In this document: one piece after another, positions 27,374-41,852 of the stretch
Numbering within the stretch: the stretch's first letter is position 1
How the letters are laid out: each line of letters begins with the position of its first letter
Assembly (NCBI GenBank): GCA_044892525.1
Contig: CM097885.1
Location: 33,234,001-33,294,000, forward strand
Direction: 5' to 3'
Length of the DNA stretch: 60,000 nucleotides
Source: Schmidtea polychroa
Taxonomy: Eukaryota
The notes under the pieces: model-generated
Database searches by the model: none
Seen by the model: only the letters and a program-made list of their open reading frames with translations
Told to the model about the DNA's origin: nothing
Position numbers and translations under genes: made by a program

Positions 27374-27452
27374 TACCCTTTGAGACATGTTAAATGTGAG
27401 TAGTACCTTTATGACCATTACCCAAATGAGCAATACCCATAGGGGGACAAAA
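27374..27452 (+). promoter_or_regulatory. partial conserved module
   Basis: TACCCTTTGAGAC...TACCCATAGGGGGACAA, truncated within the palindrome. Confidence 0.5.
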
Positions 27453-27653
27453 ATAATAAGAACTTCACAAATAATAATATTAATAATAATAATAATAATA
27501 ATAAAAAACTTTGAAAATAATTTTAAAATAATTCTTTGAAAATAATACTTTGAAAAATATTCGATATGTTGAAAATCGTGAAAATATTGAAAATTATTAA
27601 AATGCTTAAAAAATTGAAATGGACGTAGAAATTAGGTTTTATGAATATTTGCA

Positions 27654-27815
<162 letters not shown>

Positions 27816-28119
27816 TATAATAATAATAATAAAAATAATAATAAGAAGAAGAAGAAGAAGAAGAAGAATATTCAAAACAAAAAAATATATTTTATAATCA
27901 ACGATTTAAACAAAATTAAATTATTACGTATTCGATAATTAAAACAAAAGTAAAAATATTATTATTATATAATTAAAACAAAAATAAACCGCGGGGACAA
28001 AGACATTATTTTGAAAATAAATAATATTTTGAAAAATAATAATATGACCTTGAAAAAAATAAATGACCTTGAAAATTAATAATATTTTAAAAATAATAAT
28101 ATGACCTTGAAAATAATAA

Positions 28120-28216
<97 letters not shown>

Positions 28217-28248
28217 TTAATAGTAATAATAATATTAATTGTAATAAA

Positions 28249-28390
<142 letters not shown>

Positions 28391-28508
28391 GTAATAATAA
28401 TATTAATTGTAATAAAAATATTAATGTTAATAATAAAATGACTTTGTATTTACATAACCCTTGTTAAATTATTTTATTGTTTAAATAAATGTATGTTTTG
28501 TTTAATAA

Positions 28509-28600
28509 TACCCTTGCGAGTTGTTGAGTGTGAGCATTACCTTTGTGAGCATTACCCATAGGGGGACAGAATATTTTGTCGGATAGACTAGGAGTATATA
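28509..28600 (+). promoter_or_regulatory. conserved Polinton-associated module
   Basis: Full copy ending GGATAGACTAGGAGTATATA. Confidence 0.6.
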
Positions 28601-28646
28601 TAATATATTAATATATATTATATATTAATACTAATAATACTAATAC

Positions 28647-28798
<152 letters not shown>

Positions 28799-28799
28799 T

Positions 28800-29577
28800 T
28801 AATAATATATGGCTCTTTCAAAAGGTCTTGGATTGGGCTTTAAAATGAGCTATCGATGAACAATTTTCGTTGGCGGGAACTCTGTAAATTTAAATTTTAA
28901 AATATGACCTTGAAAAAAAATGACTTTGAAAAAAAAATGACCTTGAAAAAATAATTTATTGAAAAATAATAATAGGACCTTGAAAATAATAATATTTTGA
29001 AAAATAATAATAAAATAGTCAAATGACCTTGAAAATGGTCTCGGGAAAACGTTAATAACTTTGCCAATAATAATGATGATGGTACCTTCAATAGCTCAGT
29101 CGAAAGGTCTTGCGCTAAGCTTCAAATTAATCTATCGTTTAATAAATTCGAATAATGGGAACGATAACCTTTGGGCAAACGAAAACCAGGGGCCCGCTGG
29201 ACCACTAATAATATTTTTGAATAATAATAATAAAATAATAATATATTTTAAAAATAATAATATGACCTTGGATGAGTCATGGTCTTTGTTTAAATGACCT
29301 TGATGAGTCATATGTCTTTGTTTAAAATTTAACCTTGAAAAAATAAATGACCTTGAAAATAATAATATTTTGAAAAATAATAATAATTATATGACCTTGA
29401 AAATGGTCTCGGGAAAACGTTAATAACTTTAAGCTATCGTTTAATTAATTCGGATAATGGGAACGATAACTTTTGGGCAAACGAAAACCAGGGGCCTGCT
29501 GGACCACTAATAATATTTTGAATAATAATATTTTAACTATGAAAATAAGGTGGTCATCGTTTGTTAATAACTTTACC

Positions 29578-29611
<34 letters not shown>

Positions 29612-29950
29612 TTTATATATCAACAGATAGATATTGCACTGGGCTTTAAAATGAGCTATCGATCGATGAAATAAAATGATTGGAACGATAACTTTTGGGC
29701 AAACGAAAACCAGGTTCCCGATGGACCACTTAATAATATTTTGAATAATAATAATAAAATAATAATATTTTTTAAACATAATAATATGACCTTGATGAGT
29801 CATTACGATGAGTCATGCGACCTTGGGAATGACCTTGGATGAGTCATGCGACCTTGAAATGACCTTGATGAGTCATCGGATGAGTCATAGTCTTTGTTTA
29901 AATGACCTTGATGAATCATGTGTCTTTGTTTAAAATTTGACCTTGAAAAA
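28800..29950 (+). repeat. subterminal repeat units of C with TGACCTTGA and ATGAGTCAT clusters
   Basis: Diverged homologues of the units at 45690-47100. Confidence 0.75.
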
Positions 29951-30140
29951 AATTTTTTTTTTAAATTTCCGGCCGGGGGGAGGGGGGGGGTATATGTGGT
30001 CCAGAGGGCCCCTTGGTTAGATGGCCCCATACCATCTACTCCATCCATTTTTGCTGGTTGCTGAATATATTTAAATAACTCTATCAATTTGCTTATTTTT
30101 AATTAATTTATTCAGTATCTATTTTAATGAATTCTCATCC

Positions 30141-31115
30141 TTAAGGGAGAGGGGGGACAATATTCCATTCTTCCGAAAAATCACTGCTTTTACCAGAGGT
30201 GTATATTCGGCTCCCAGGAACAAGATATGAATTTTTCGCCTTCAGTCCCCCGCGAAAATATCTTAGTTTTAAATGAAGATTCGAGATCTATATTATGAAT
30301 TACATTTAAAACAAAAACATTGATATTAATTTCTCTATTCAAGTGGGCTCTATATATTAATAAAATGAGTTTATTAGAACAAAGATTCCTATTTCGCGCA
30401 ATAATATGAGAAATTTGAACAAAGATTTGAAATATCCATCAAAAACTATAAGGAAAGTTCAAAGTCCTGTCAAATATCTCAATTTTTCGATGAAGTGTCA
30501 TAAATAAATACCACAATACATAGCCGAATTTTTGAGAATTATCAATTGAATTTTGCTTTTTCTTAATTCCTTGGAGAACTAGGATTTTATTTAGATTCTT
30601 CTTAGTTGAACCAATACTTAAGTTTTTCATGAAGAATGTCTCAACTAGTTATGTCGCGGTCCCAATGTCCCAAAAGATTCCTTAAATAACACAAAAAGAA
30701 TATCGAAAAGAAATAGTTTCCTAGATTTTTGTGTAAAATCTTGCTTGTCGTTAAAAAACATATCATTTTCATGTAGAATATCTAGATAATATATGATTTC
30801 TATATTAAGAATAACCAAAAAACACATCTGACTATAAACCAGATTGCACTATGCACATTTTTTACAATAATTATATTTTTTATGGTACAAAATATTTGAG
30901 TGCTTCTGATTAAAGTCTAAAAACCAAAAATAGTTTTCACTAAGTCAGAAATTGCTCTTTGAACTTTTTTGCATATTTTGAAGTTCAGAATTAATCATGC
31001 GCGATTACTCGTTCGAACAACGCGCGGAAACTGATTTCGCGAGATTGCAAAACAGGTGCTATTTTCTAGGGGGATGGAGGAAGGGTAATATGCGCGATAA
31101 CTGATAGTGGTTTAT
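30141..31115 (-). mobile_element. interspersed repeat, probable non-autonomous DNA transposon (copy 2)
   Basis: Inverted homology to 6810-7375. TTAA-GGGAGAGGGGGG at 30141 resembles a Kolobok-type end, but the other end was not found. Confidence 0.6.
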
Positions 31116-31605
31116 GAGGCTGGTATGATATTCAGTGGAAAATATGAAATAAGAATCTGCTTACAAGATTTTTTATCTCGGTGTCTCATTAGCAGATTAG
31201 CCATTCTTATTGTACATTTAATACGGGTTCAAATAAACAATATTCTGTCATTATAATTCTAAAATAAGCTTTGTAAATTATTAAAAAAATTTTATTAATA
31301 TAGTAAATTTATAAAATAATATTTCAATTAATATAATTTCATATAATTATTATATTGTTGGAATCTTTATCTGTTCAAACAAGTTATGTTTCAGAAAATG
31401 TTTTTTTTAATAATTTTTCTTAATTTTTATCAATAATTACATTGACTTAAACCAAATTTCATGCAAAAAGGTACTTTAATTGATTTTTGAATAATTTAAG
31501 TTATAATTTTACTTTACTCTTACTGCCACTTCAGTTTCTAAATAAATAAAAATCAATTTAAAAATTAATAACAAATAATGACCAAATAATTATAAAATAC
31601 TTTAA

Positions 31606-31847
31606 CCCTTTCTAAGGCAAAGGAAACTAAAAGTGATGTAAAACTCAAAGTTTATTAAGAATAATTATATAGTTACAAATGATCATAAACACATCTATGG
31701 TTTCAAATACTATAAATTTGTTCTCTTGTGGCTTAATATATGTCAGTAGTTGTACCAAAAGTAAAAATCATTACCGACAGAGTTACACTTAGATATTTTT
31801 ATTAGTTTAAAATGGTGTACAGTAAATTGCCACCACCTTAGAAAGGG
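31606..31847. mobile_element. piggyBac-like MITE
   Basis: TTAA|CCCTTTCTAAGG ... CCTTAGAAAGGG|TTAA, a perfect 12-bp TIR. Confidence 0.85.
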
Positions 31848-32039
31848 TTAATTATAAAATTAATTAAAATGCTTTCTTGAAATTCGGTCCTTTATATATG
31901 TAAGTAGTATGATTGGTCCCCGCCAGACCAGGTCCCCTCCAGACCACATATACCCCCTCCCCCCCCCCCCGGGAAAAAAAAAAAAATTTTTTTTTTTAAT
32001 TTTTTGTTTTAATTAATTGGCCTGGAGGGGACACACTTT

Positions 32040-33390
32040 TTTTCATCCCAAAAATTAATGTTCCCACCAACGGATTTTATTGGACAATACCTCATCTTAA
32101 AGCTCAGTCCAAGACCTTTCGATTGATCCATAGAAGGTATCATCATCATTAATATTGACAAAGTTATTAACAATTGATGACCACCATCTTTTCAACGTTA
32201 AATTATTATTATTATTCAAAATATTATTAATTGGCCGGGCGGGGACATACTTTTTCTCATCCCAAAAATTAATGTTCCCATTATCCGAATTTATTAATAG
32301 ATAGCTTATTTTGAAGCGTAGTCTAAGACCTTTCAATTGAGCCATAGAAGGTATCATCATCATTAACATCGGCAAAGTTATTAAAGTTTTACCGAGACCA
32401 TTTTTCAAGGTCATTTATTTTTCAAAATATTATTTTCAAGGTCAAGGTCAAGGTCATTTATTTTTTTCAAGGTCATTTATTTTTTCAAGGTCATTTATTT
32501 TTTCAAGGTCATTTATTTTTTCAAGGTCATTTATTTTTTCAAGGTCATTTATTTTTTCAAGGTCATTTATTTTTTCAAGGTCATATTTTAAAATTTAAAT
32601 GTACAGAGTTCCCGACAACGATAATTATTCAACGATAGCTCATTTTAAAGCCCAATGCAAGACCTTTCGATTGATTCATAGAAGGTATCATCATCATTAT
32701 TATTGACAAAGTTATTAACAATTGATGACCACCATCTTTTCAACGTTAAATTATTATTATTATTCAAAATATTATTAATTGGCCGAGCGGGGACATACTT
32801 TTTCTCATCCCAAAAATTAATGTTCCCACCAACGGATTTTATTGGACGATACCTCATTTTAAAGCCCAATGCAAGACCTTTCGAATGAGCTAATGAAGGT
32901 ATCATCATCATTATTATTGACAAAGTTATTAACATTTTACCAAAAATCATTTTCAAGGTCATATAATTATTAAGTGGTCTGGCGGGCCCCTACTCTTTTT
33001 CATCCCAAAAATTAATGTTCCCATTATCCGAATTTATTGGACGATACCTCATCTTAAAGCTCAGTCCAAGACCTTTCGAATGAGCCATAGAAGGTATCAT
33101 CATCATTAATATTAACAAAGAGAATGACTCACCCAATGACTCACCCAACGATGTCTAATATTTTTAGAACGATGACTCATCAAGGTCATTCCCAAGGTCA
33201 TATGACTCATCAAGGTCAAGGTCATTTTTTTTTAATTTAATTTTTTGTTTTAATTAAGTAATCTTTTTATTTTCAAGGTCATTTAATTTTCAAGGTCATT
33301 TAATTTTCAAGGTCATTTAATTTTTCAAGGTCATTTAATTTTCAAGGTCATTTACTTTTCAAGGTCATTTAATTTTTCAAGGTCATTTAT
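32040..33390 (-). repeat. subterminal ~550-570 bp tandem units and 16-17 bp TCAAGGTCA arrays
   Basis: Repeated 105-aa pseudo-ORFs, plus (TTTTTCAAGGTCATTTA)n at ~32405-32585 and ~33270-33386. Mirrored at 45517-47130. Confidence 0.9.
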
Positions 33391-33428
33391 TAAAATAATT
33401 ATTATTTTCTAAGTTTTTAGTTTCTAAG

Positions 33429-33462
<34 letters not shown>

Positions 33463-33465
33463 TTA

Positions 33466-33540
<75 letters not shown>

Positions 33541-33626
33541 ATATATACACCGAGTTTATCCGACAAAATATTCTGTCTCCCTATGGGTATTGCTAGCAAG
33601 GGTACTACTCACACTCAACAAGTCAC
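33541..33626 (-). promoter_or_regulatory. conserved Polinton-associated module
   Basis: TATCCGACAAAATATTCTGTC core, mirror at 45274-45360. Confidence 0.6.
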
Positions 33627-33760
33627 ATGGTTATTGTTCACAAAGGTACTGGTAAAAATATTCAAGGTAAAATTTTCTAAATTCTAAATATTATTCTTTA
33701 AATATACGCTCAACTCATATAATTAGTGGTGTGCTCACTACAACATACATTTCAAAGTAA

Positions 33761-33842
<82 letters not shown>

Positions 33843-33874
33843 TATTATTACGCGCACCGGGAATATTATTATCA

Positions 33875-33985
33875 TATATACTCTTAATCTATCCGACAAA
33901 ATATTTTATCCCTTTATGGGTATTGCTCATATGGGTAATGGTAGCAAGGTGTACTACTCACATTCAACATGTCTCAAAGGGTATA
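33875..33985 (-). promoter_or_regulatory. conserved Polinton-associated module
   Basis: TATCCGACAAAATATT core, mirror at 44913-45022. Confidence 0.6.
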
Positions 33986-34206
33986 ATATAATTATTATTA
34001 AATTCTGACCAACTTAAATCAATGAAGGGGTAGAACAAAAATATATTAAGTTGCGGTATTTTAAAATTTAAAAATATTTTAAAAACTTATTTTGACACTA
34101 AAGTTTACTTAATTAACAAAGACATAATTATTGCACATGCTTTGCATAAATATTATTATTTTTTAAATTTTCAATATTTTCTTTTAAAGTATTAACACGC
34201 GCGGGA

Positions 34207-34251
<45 letters not shown>

Positions 34252-34259
34252 GTTAATGA

Positions 34260-34957
34260 AAAATCTAAAATATGGTTTACACACACAACCCCTCAACCAT
34301 TATTATTATTATCAGTATTAAAAACCTAAAATATTTTCTACACACACACACACACACAACCCATTAACCATTATTATTATTATTATCAATATCAAAAACC
34401 TAAAATATTATTTACACACATACAACTCATTAAACTTATTATTATTATTATTATTATTGCAAATATTAGTCAAAAACCTAAAATATTATTTACACTCACA
34501 CAACCCATTAACAATTATTATTATCAATATTAGTCAAAAACCTAAAATATTATTTACACATGCACAACTCATTAACCATTATTATTATCATTATTAGTGA
34601 AAACCTAAAATATTTTTTACACACACACACAACCCACTAACAATTATTATTATCAATATTAAAAACCTAAAATATTTTTACACACACACACATACAACTC
34701 ATTAAACTTATTATTATTATCATTATTAGTGAAAACATAAAATATTTTTTTACACACACACACACAACCCATTAACAATTATTATTATCAATATTAAAAA
34801 CCTAAAATATTTCTACACACACACACATGCACAACTCATTAACCATTATTATTATTGCAAATATTAGTCAAAAACATAAAAACACTCATAAACCATTATT
34901 ATTATCAATATTCGTGAAAACCTAGAATATTATTTACACTCACACAACCCATTAAAC

Positions 34958-34960
<3 letters not shown>
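34260..34960 (+). repeat. ~60-70 bp minisatellite (AAAACCTAAAATATT...ACACACAACCCATTAA)
   Basis: About 11 degenerate units, mirror at ~43940-44640. Confidence 0.85.
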
Positions 34961-35014
<54 letters not shown>

Positions 35015-35186
35015 ATTATTATTATTATTAGTGAAAAAACCTTAAATAATTTTTACATACTAAGTTATGGGGTAGAGTATTATTATGTTTGCAGTATTCT
35101 GTGTTTGCCTTTACAGGAAGTTGTCAATAAGGAGCGATAATTTTACACACACATTCTATATACACATACCTTGTTTAACATGGGTG

Positions 35187-35280
35187 TATATACTCCTAGT
35201 CTATCCGACAAAATATTCTGTCCCCCTATGGGTATTGCTCACAAAGGTACTACTCACACTCAACATATCGCAAGGGTATA
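35187..35280 (-). promoter_or_regulatory. conserved Polinton-associated module
   Basis: Full copy, mirror at 43621-43712. Confidence 0.6.
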
Positions 35281-35373
35281 TTAATTATGGTTAGTAAATA
35301 AAACCTATCACACACACTTTTATATTTAAACTATAAAAATCAAGACAAGAGAGGACAAGGCAAAGTTTATGCA

Positions 35374-37047
35374 TTTATTATTGCCAGGCCTAATGAGCAG
35401 TGACCAAATATCTGTGCCTGAAAGACACGGTGGATATTTGTTCGCGTCCACAAGGGTCGTCTGTGCCTTCCCCAAGTGGGGTCAAAAGAACCTGGGCATT
35501 ATAGTTTTCCGTACGGAACATTACGCCTAGCATGGGTAGTCAACTACCAGCACATTCGAAACGTATAATTTCAAAATACATGCGTCATTGGCACTATAAC
35601 CAAATTAATTAATGTTTTCACTAACACAAATATATATTTACAGAGGCCTCCCACTAGTTGGATTACAACCGCCCACCACGACGATCAGCTTGTAAATATA
35701 TATTAATTAAGGGATAAAGAGGACCCACCCAACCCTATTATATTTAATTTACAAATTTTTCTCGCTCTTCTGCTGGTATTCTATCTCAAATTATCATCTC
35801 CATCGGGCCATTTGGAATACATCTTGCAAATTGGACGTATTTCTTAGTCTCTGATGCGGCGTCAACTATCATTGCTAAAATTTATATTGATTTAAAAGCA
35901 ATTAACTTACATTATCTAGCATTTTATCGTCACAGGCTTGATAAATTAGGCAACTGTTATTTGTGGTATACTTTTTCAATGTCATTTCCCACCATAAAAC
36001 ACAGATACCTAAATATAATATATATATATTTTAAAGAATTAATTCATGTCTTACATTAATAATAATATTCTTCAGGTAGTACTTTACAATATCTAATTGC
36101 TAAAACATTGGTTTTTCCCATTTTTCTTGACATTCGTTGAAAGATTACATAATTTAAGTCTGATAATTCATGTTGAAGGACACCCACAATCAGCTAATTC
36201 ATTTAAAAAATCTAGAACATAGCAATGTTTCACCATTTTGTCTGGTTCATTTTCTTCTATAATTCATGTTTTAATAAGAAATTTCTAAATCCAGAACATA
36301 AGTCATTTAGTGTTTCACCATTTTGTTCATCTTCTTCATAATTATATAATTCATTTTCTTCATTACTAAGTAAAATAATTAAAATATTGTAGTAAATTCT
36401 TTATTTGCTTACTTTATGGATACTAAAACGAAAGAAATAAAGTTATTTCAAAAGTATATTTAAATAATTTAAATTTAAATAATTTAAATTTAGTTATTTA
36501 AACATATTTAAACAATTTAGTTATTTAAGCATATTTAAACATTAACATTATTATATAGTATAATTTTATATAATATTATAATTTTATGTACACTTATATA
36601 TCCTTCATTTAATTTTTTAAATTCAAAATTTATAATGAAGATTCTTTGAATTAAAAAATATTCTGTTAGTATTTCCAAACAGAAAACAACGAATTCAATA
36701 ATTAAAATCTTAATTTTCATGTTGTTAGGGTTGTGGCCAGAAGTTAATCGCCATCTAATCGTTTGTTCTCAATTTCGCTCATTTTTGTTCAAAACATTCA
36801 GGTGAGTTGTTATCTGGAAAGTTTCTTTGAGCTCAGTTTTGTTAAAACACTCACGGTATTTTTGAGGGACGTGACACTGGGAATAAATTAACAATGGGTG
36901 GTCATCCATACATGTTGTTGGTTTGAACTGTTGATTTATTTTAGAAATATGTATATTAAAAACATTTAAGGTATCATTCAGTAAAATAATATAGTATTTT
37001 TGAGTATTTTTAGTTGATTTATAAATAACAGTATTTTGATATATCAA
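35374..37047 (-). pseudogene. intron-containing cargo pseudogene(s), left-arm copy
   Basis: Reverse complement of 41853-43526. Confidence 0.5.
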
Positions 37048-37055
37048 TAAAGACC

Positions 37056-37141
37056 ATATACTCCTAGTTTATCCGACAAAATATTCTGTCCCCCTATGGG
37101 TAATGCTAGCAAGGGTACTGGTCACACTCAACAAGTCGCAA
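37056..37141 (-). promoter_or_regulatory. conserved Polinton-associated module (differs from its mirror)
   Basis: Full copy with several differences from 41757-41843. Confidence 0.6.
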
Positions 37142-38835
37142 TATTAATCATTTAGAAATTCTTAGGTAATTTAGTGAGATGATCAGAAATTCGTGAATAT
37201 TTTAAATGTAACTTTACACTTATGTCGAGCGACTAATTTATTGGTTAACTTTGTAGTCATTTAAAGCAAAAATTAATTTATTCATCTAATGTTCGTTACA
37301 ATAGTTAATAATATGAGAAAAACATGGTCATTATTCATTGATAATTTTAAATTCTTTATCATTTGGAGTAAATTTGTTTGAGGCAAAAATAATTAAAGGA
37401 GTCATAATAGAAATATGGTTATCATTTATCCAATTAAGGGGCCTATTATTTAGAAATATAAAGTAACAATTATTTTCTAATTTAATTAGATGATCATTAG
37501 ACGTAATATATCTTTGCGAGAAATTTAAGATGTTTGAGTAACCAAAACATGGACATTTTGTGCGATAAATTTATGAATATTGGTTATTTTTAGTCATTTA
37601 AAATAATATTTAGCAAAGGTAATTTAGCAAAATATCATTTATCCACCCGATAACAATATTCCTTCAATAGATTAACTGATATTCAACCTATTTAATTTCT
37701 GGAAATATAATTAAAATCATAAATTTCCTTCATGAAAGTTAAATTTTCTTTAGTTGTCGATGTCTAACTCTTTTAAGTCAATATTTTTGTTACCGTTATC
37801 TTCATAATGAATGTCCGTCTTTAAAATGTTAAATAAAATAATTTAAAGCAATAACCTTTGATATCAATTATCTCTAAATATTTCAAATATTGCATTGTCA
37901 AAACCAAGTAAATTAGTCATTACCCATTAATAAAACCGTGGATAATTAATAAAAACTGGTTCTGAAACATAAATTACTGTGCAATAACATTCATCACAAC
38001 CTCTAAAACGATATAATTTCACAGGAACTATTCATAGCTGACTATTTCCCTTGAAAATTTGATATTTTACCAATAAGAATATATAAATATTCAAAACATT
38101 AACCGATCCCTCACCAAATATCTTTACCCCTTAAAACACCTTAAATCGTATATATTACCATCTTAACCTTCACTAAATCCAACCGAATATAATTTCATCC
38201 ACTTGTGCCCTTTAATAAATCTTAAAATCTATAGAAAATTCTTCAAAATATGAATTTTATTTAATTGTCACAGACATTCCTCCATTGAAATAATTTAGTA
38301 GCTAAATTCAAAGAGTCCACTAAAAGATCAAAATTCATTAAAATAAATATTTAACCACATGTGTCATCAAATACCTAACTAGAGATGATAATATCTCATT
38401 GATTGATCATAATTATAACCATTATAACATGATATATCTTTCAAACTAAATTTAGGTATATTTTACAATAATTTTCAAGTAGATTTTAAATATATCATCA
38501 TCGTGAAAAAATTAGATTGTTTCAACTTTAGATTTTCAATATTTTAAAGTTCATCAATGTGTAAATATTCTTAGAAAAATATATGAAAAAATTATTTAGT
38601 CAAATTATCATTACAAAGTCATCATCATCATCAAAATTAATAAAATATAGCAAATTATCAATAAATTAATTAAATTTATCTTAGAATTAACACTAAACCT
38701 TAAATATTCTTTCAATTAACATGAAATTCACAAAAAAAAAATGTTAGTAAAATCCCGCTAACTCTAAAAAATTACCAATGAATTTAATGCCAAATAATAA
38801 CCAAATATTTGCCTAAATAAAATCATTAAAACACA

Positions 38836-38949
38836 CCAGTACCTTTACGACCAGTACCCTTACGACCAGTACCCTTACGACCAATACCCTTACAAGCAGT
38901 ACCCATAGAGGGAGAAAATATTTTGTCGGATAAACTCCGAGTATATATA
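38836..38949 (+). promoter_or_regulatory. conserved module with expanded 15-bp CCAGTACCCTTACGA repeats
   Basis: 4-5 units followed by TACCCATAGAGGGAGAAAATATTTTGTCGGATAAACTCCGAGTATATA. Confidence 0.6.
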
Positions 38950-39946
38950 TAATAAAACGAATTAACAATAACTCCATCAAATTGAATCAGTCAAATTATC
39001 ACAAATTTTAATAAAAAATCTTATTCTAAAGTGGTAAGCAGCGTAAAATCGAAAGATAATTTTAATAACACAGAGATAAAATTAACAATATTATTCTCAG
39101 GTGGTAAGAATCATCATTATTCTATGATTAATTAATAATGAAATTCAAAAAGGTGAAAATAAGGGTTTGAATTATTCATTAATGGAACGTAAACGTAAAT
39201 ATACCGAGAAGTGTCATAGATAAGATGGAAATATATTAATTGCATTTATTTAAAATTATTTCATGAAATTCATAAAAATTTATAAAAATGATCACTTTAA
39301 TAAAAAAAAAATATTTAATTCAATGTTCAAAGAAATAGTTGTTGGGAGGATTAGTGGAAAATGGGGGGGGGGGCTATAAGTGATGAGTATTTATAAATTA
39401 TTTCTAATATATGAGTGACTAACGAATAATAATAATGTGATAAACAATTATTTTGATAAAGTATTTAATCCAAAAATGACAAACATACATAACAAATGGT
39501 ATTTGACTAAGCAATTATGATAACTTTATATTTTAAATTTTGATTAACTCCTTTAATATTGAATTAATAATTATGAGATTTACTATTTTACATTAAATAT
39601 TTCAAAAACAGTTATTCTAAAAGATAATTCAAGATACATTACTCTTTTTAATCAAAATAATCTCTCAAAGTTAAGAAAATAACAAAGTGTGTCAGAACAC
39701 ATACCCAGCATTAACTTTACTTAAATTTATGAAAACATCAAGTAAGCAATGATAATAGAGGGATAACAGACTCAAAAATAAAATATTCTTACCACCTGAG
39801 AATAATATTGTTAATTTTATCTCTGTGTTATTAAAATTATCTTTCGATTTTACGCTGCTTACCACTTTAGAATAAGATTTTTTATTAAAATTTGTGATAA
39901 TTTGACTGATTCAATTTGATGGAGTTATTGTTAATTCGTTTTATTA

Positions 39947-40060
39947 TATATATACTCGGAGTTTATCCGACAAAATATTTTCTCCCTCTATGGGTACTGC
40001 TTGTAAGGGTATTGGTCGTAAGGGTACTGGTCGTAAGGGTACTGGTCGTAAAGGTACTGG
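39947..40060 (-). promoter_or_regulatory. conserved module (mirror of 38836-38949)
   Basis: Reverse complement copy. Confidence 0.6.
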
Positions 40061-41756
40061 TGTGTTTTAATGATTTTATTTAGGCAAATATTTGGTTATT
40101 ATTTGGCATTAAATTCATTGGTAATTTTTTAGAGTTAGCGGGATTTTACTAACATTTTTTTTTGTGAATTTCATGTTAATTGAAAGAATATTTAAGGTTT
40201 AGTGTTAATTCTAAGATAAATTTAATTAATTTATTGATAATTTGCTATATTTTATTAATTTTGATGATGATGATGACTTTGTAATGATAATTTGACTAAA
40301 TAATTTTTTCATATATTTTTCTAAGAATATTTACACATTGATGAACTTTAAAATATTGAAAATCTAAAGTTGAAACAATCTAATTTTTTCACGATGATGA
40401 TATATTTAAAATCTACTTGAAAATTATTGTAAAATATACCTAAATTTAGTTTGAAAGATATATCATGTTATAATGGTTATAATTATGATCAATCAATGAG
40501 ATATTATCATCTCTAGTTAGGTATTTGATGACACATGTGGTTAAATATTTATTTTAATGAATTTTGATCTTTTAGTGGACTCTTTGAATTTAGCTACTAA
40601 ATTATTTCAATGGAGGAATGTCTGTGACAATTAAATAAAATTCATATTTTGAAGAATTTTCTATAGATTTTAAGATTTATTAAAGGGCACAAGTGGATGA
40701 AATTATATTCGGTTGGATTTAGTGAAGGTTAAGATGGTAATATATACGATTTAAGGTGTTTTAAGGGGTAAAGATATTTGGTGAGGGATCGGTTAATGTT
40801 TTGAATATTTATATATTCTTATTGGTAAAATATCAAATTTTCAAGGGAAATAGTCAGCTATGAATAGTTCCTGTGAAATTATATCGTTTTAGAGGTTGTG
40901 ATGAATGTTATTGCACAGTAATTTATGTTTCAGAACCAGTTTTTATTAATTATCCACGGTTTTATTAATGGGTAATGACTAATTTACTTGGTTTTGACAA
41001 TGCAATATTTGAAATATTTAGAGATAATTGATATCAAAGGTTATTGCTTTAAATTATTTTATTTAACATTTTAAAGACGGACATTCATTATGAAGATAAC
41101 GGTAACAAAAATATTGACTTAAAAGAGTTAGACATCGACAACTAAAGAAAATTTAACTTTCATGAAGGAAATTTATGATTTTAATTATATTTCCAGAAAT
41201 TAAATAGGTTGAATATCAGTTAATCTATTGAAGGAATATTGTTATCGGGTGGATAAATGATATTTTGCTAAATTACCTTTGCTAAATATTATTTTAAATG
41301 ACTAAAAATAACCAATATTCATAAATTTATCGCACAAAATGTCCATGTTTTGGTTACTCAAACATCTTAAATTTCTCGCAAAGATATATTACGTCTAATG
41401 ATCATCTAATTAAATTAGAAAATAATTGTTACTTTATATTTCTAAATAATAGGCCCCTTAATTGGATAAATGATAACCATATTTCTATTATGACTCCTTT
41501 AATTATTTTTGCCTCAAACAAATTTACTCCAAATGATAAAGAATTTAAAATTATCAATGAATAATGACCATGTTTTTCTCATATTATTAACTATTGTAAC
41601 GAACATTAGATGAATAAATTAATTTTTGCTTTAAATGACTACAAAGTTAACCAATAAATTAGTCGCTCGACATAAGTGTAAAGTTACATTTAAAATATTC
41701 ACGAATTTCTGATCATCTCACTAAATTACCTAAGAATTTCTAAATGATTAATATAG

Positions 41757-41843
41757 CCTTGTGACATGTTGAATGTGACCAGTACCCTTGCTAGCAATAC
41801 CCATAGGGGGACAGAATATTTTGTCGGATAGACTAGAAGTATA
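41757..41843 (+). promoter_or_regulatory. conserved Polinton-associated module
   Basis: Full copy directly upstream of the cargo pseudogene. Confidence 0.6.
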
Positions 41844-41852
41844 TGGTCTTTA

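Larger units (their letters stand above)
31903..39111 (+). repeat. left inverted arm of element B (~7.2 kb)
   Basis: Mirror ORF pairs have a coordinate sum of 78900 (35085/43815, 36769/42131). Confidence 0.95.
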
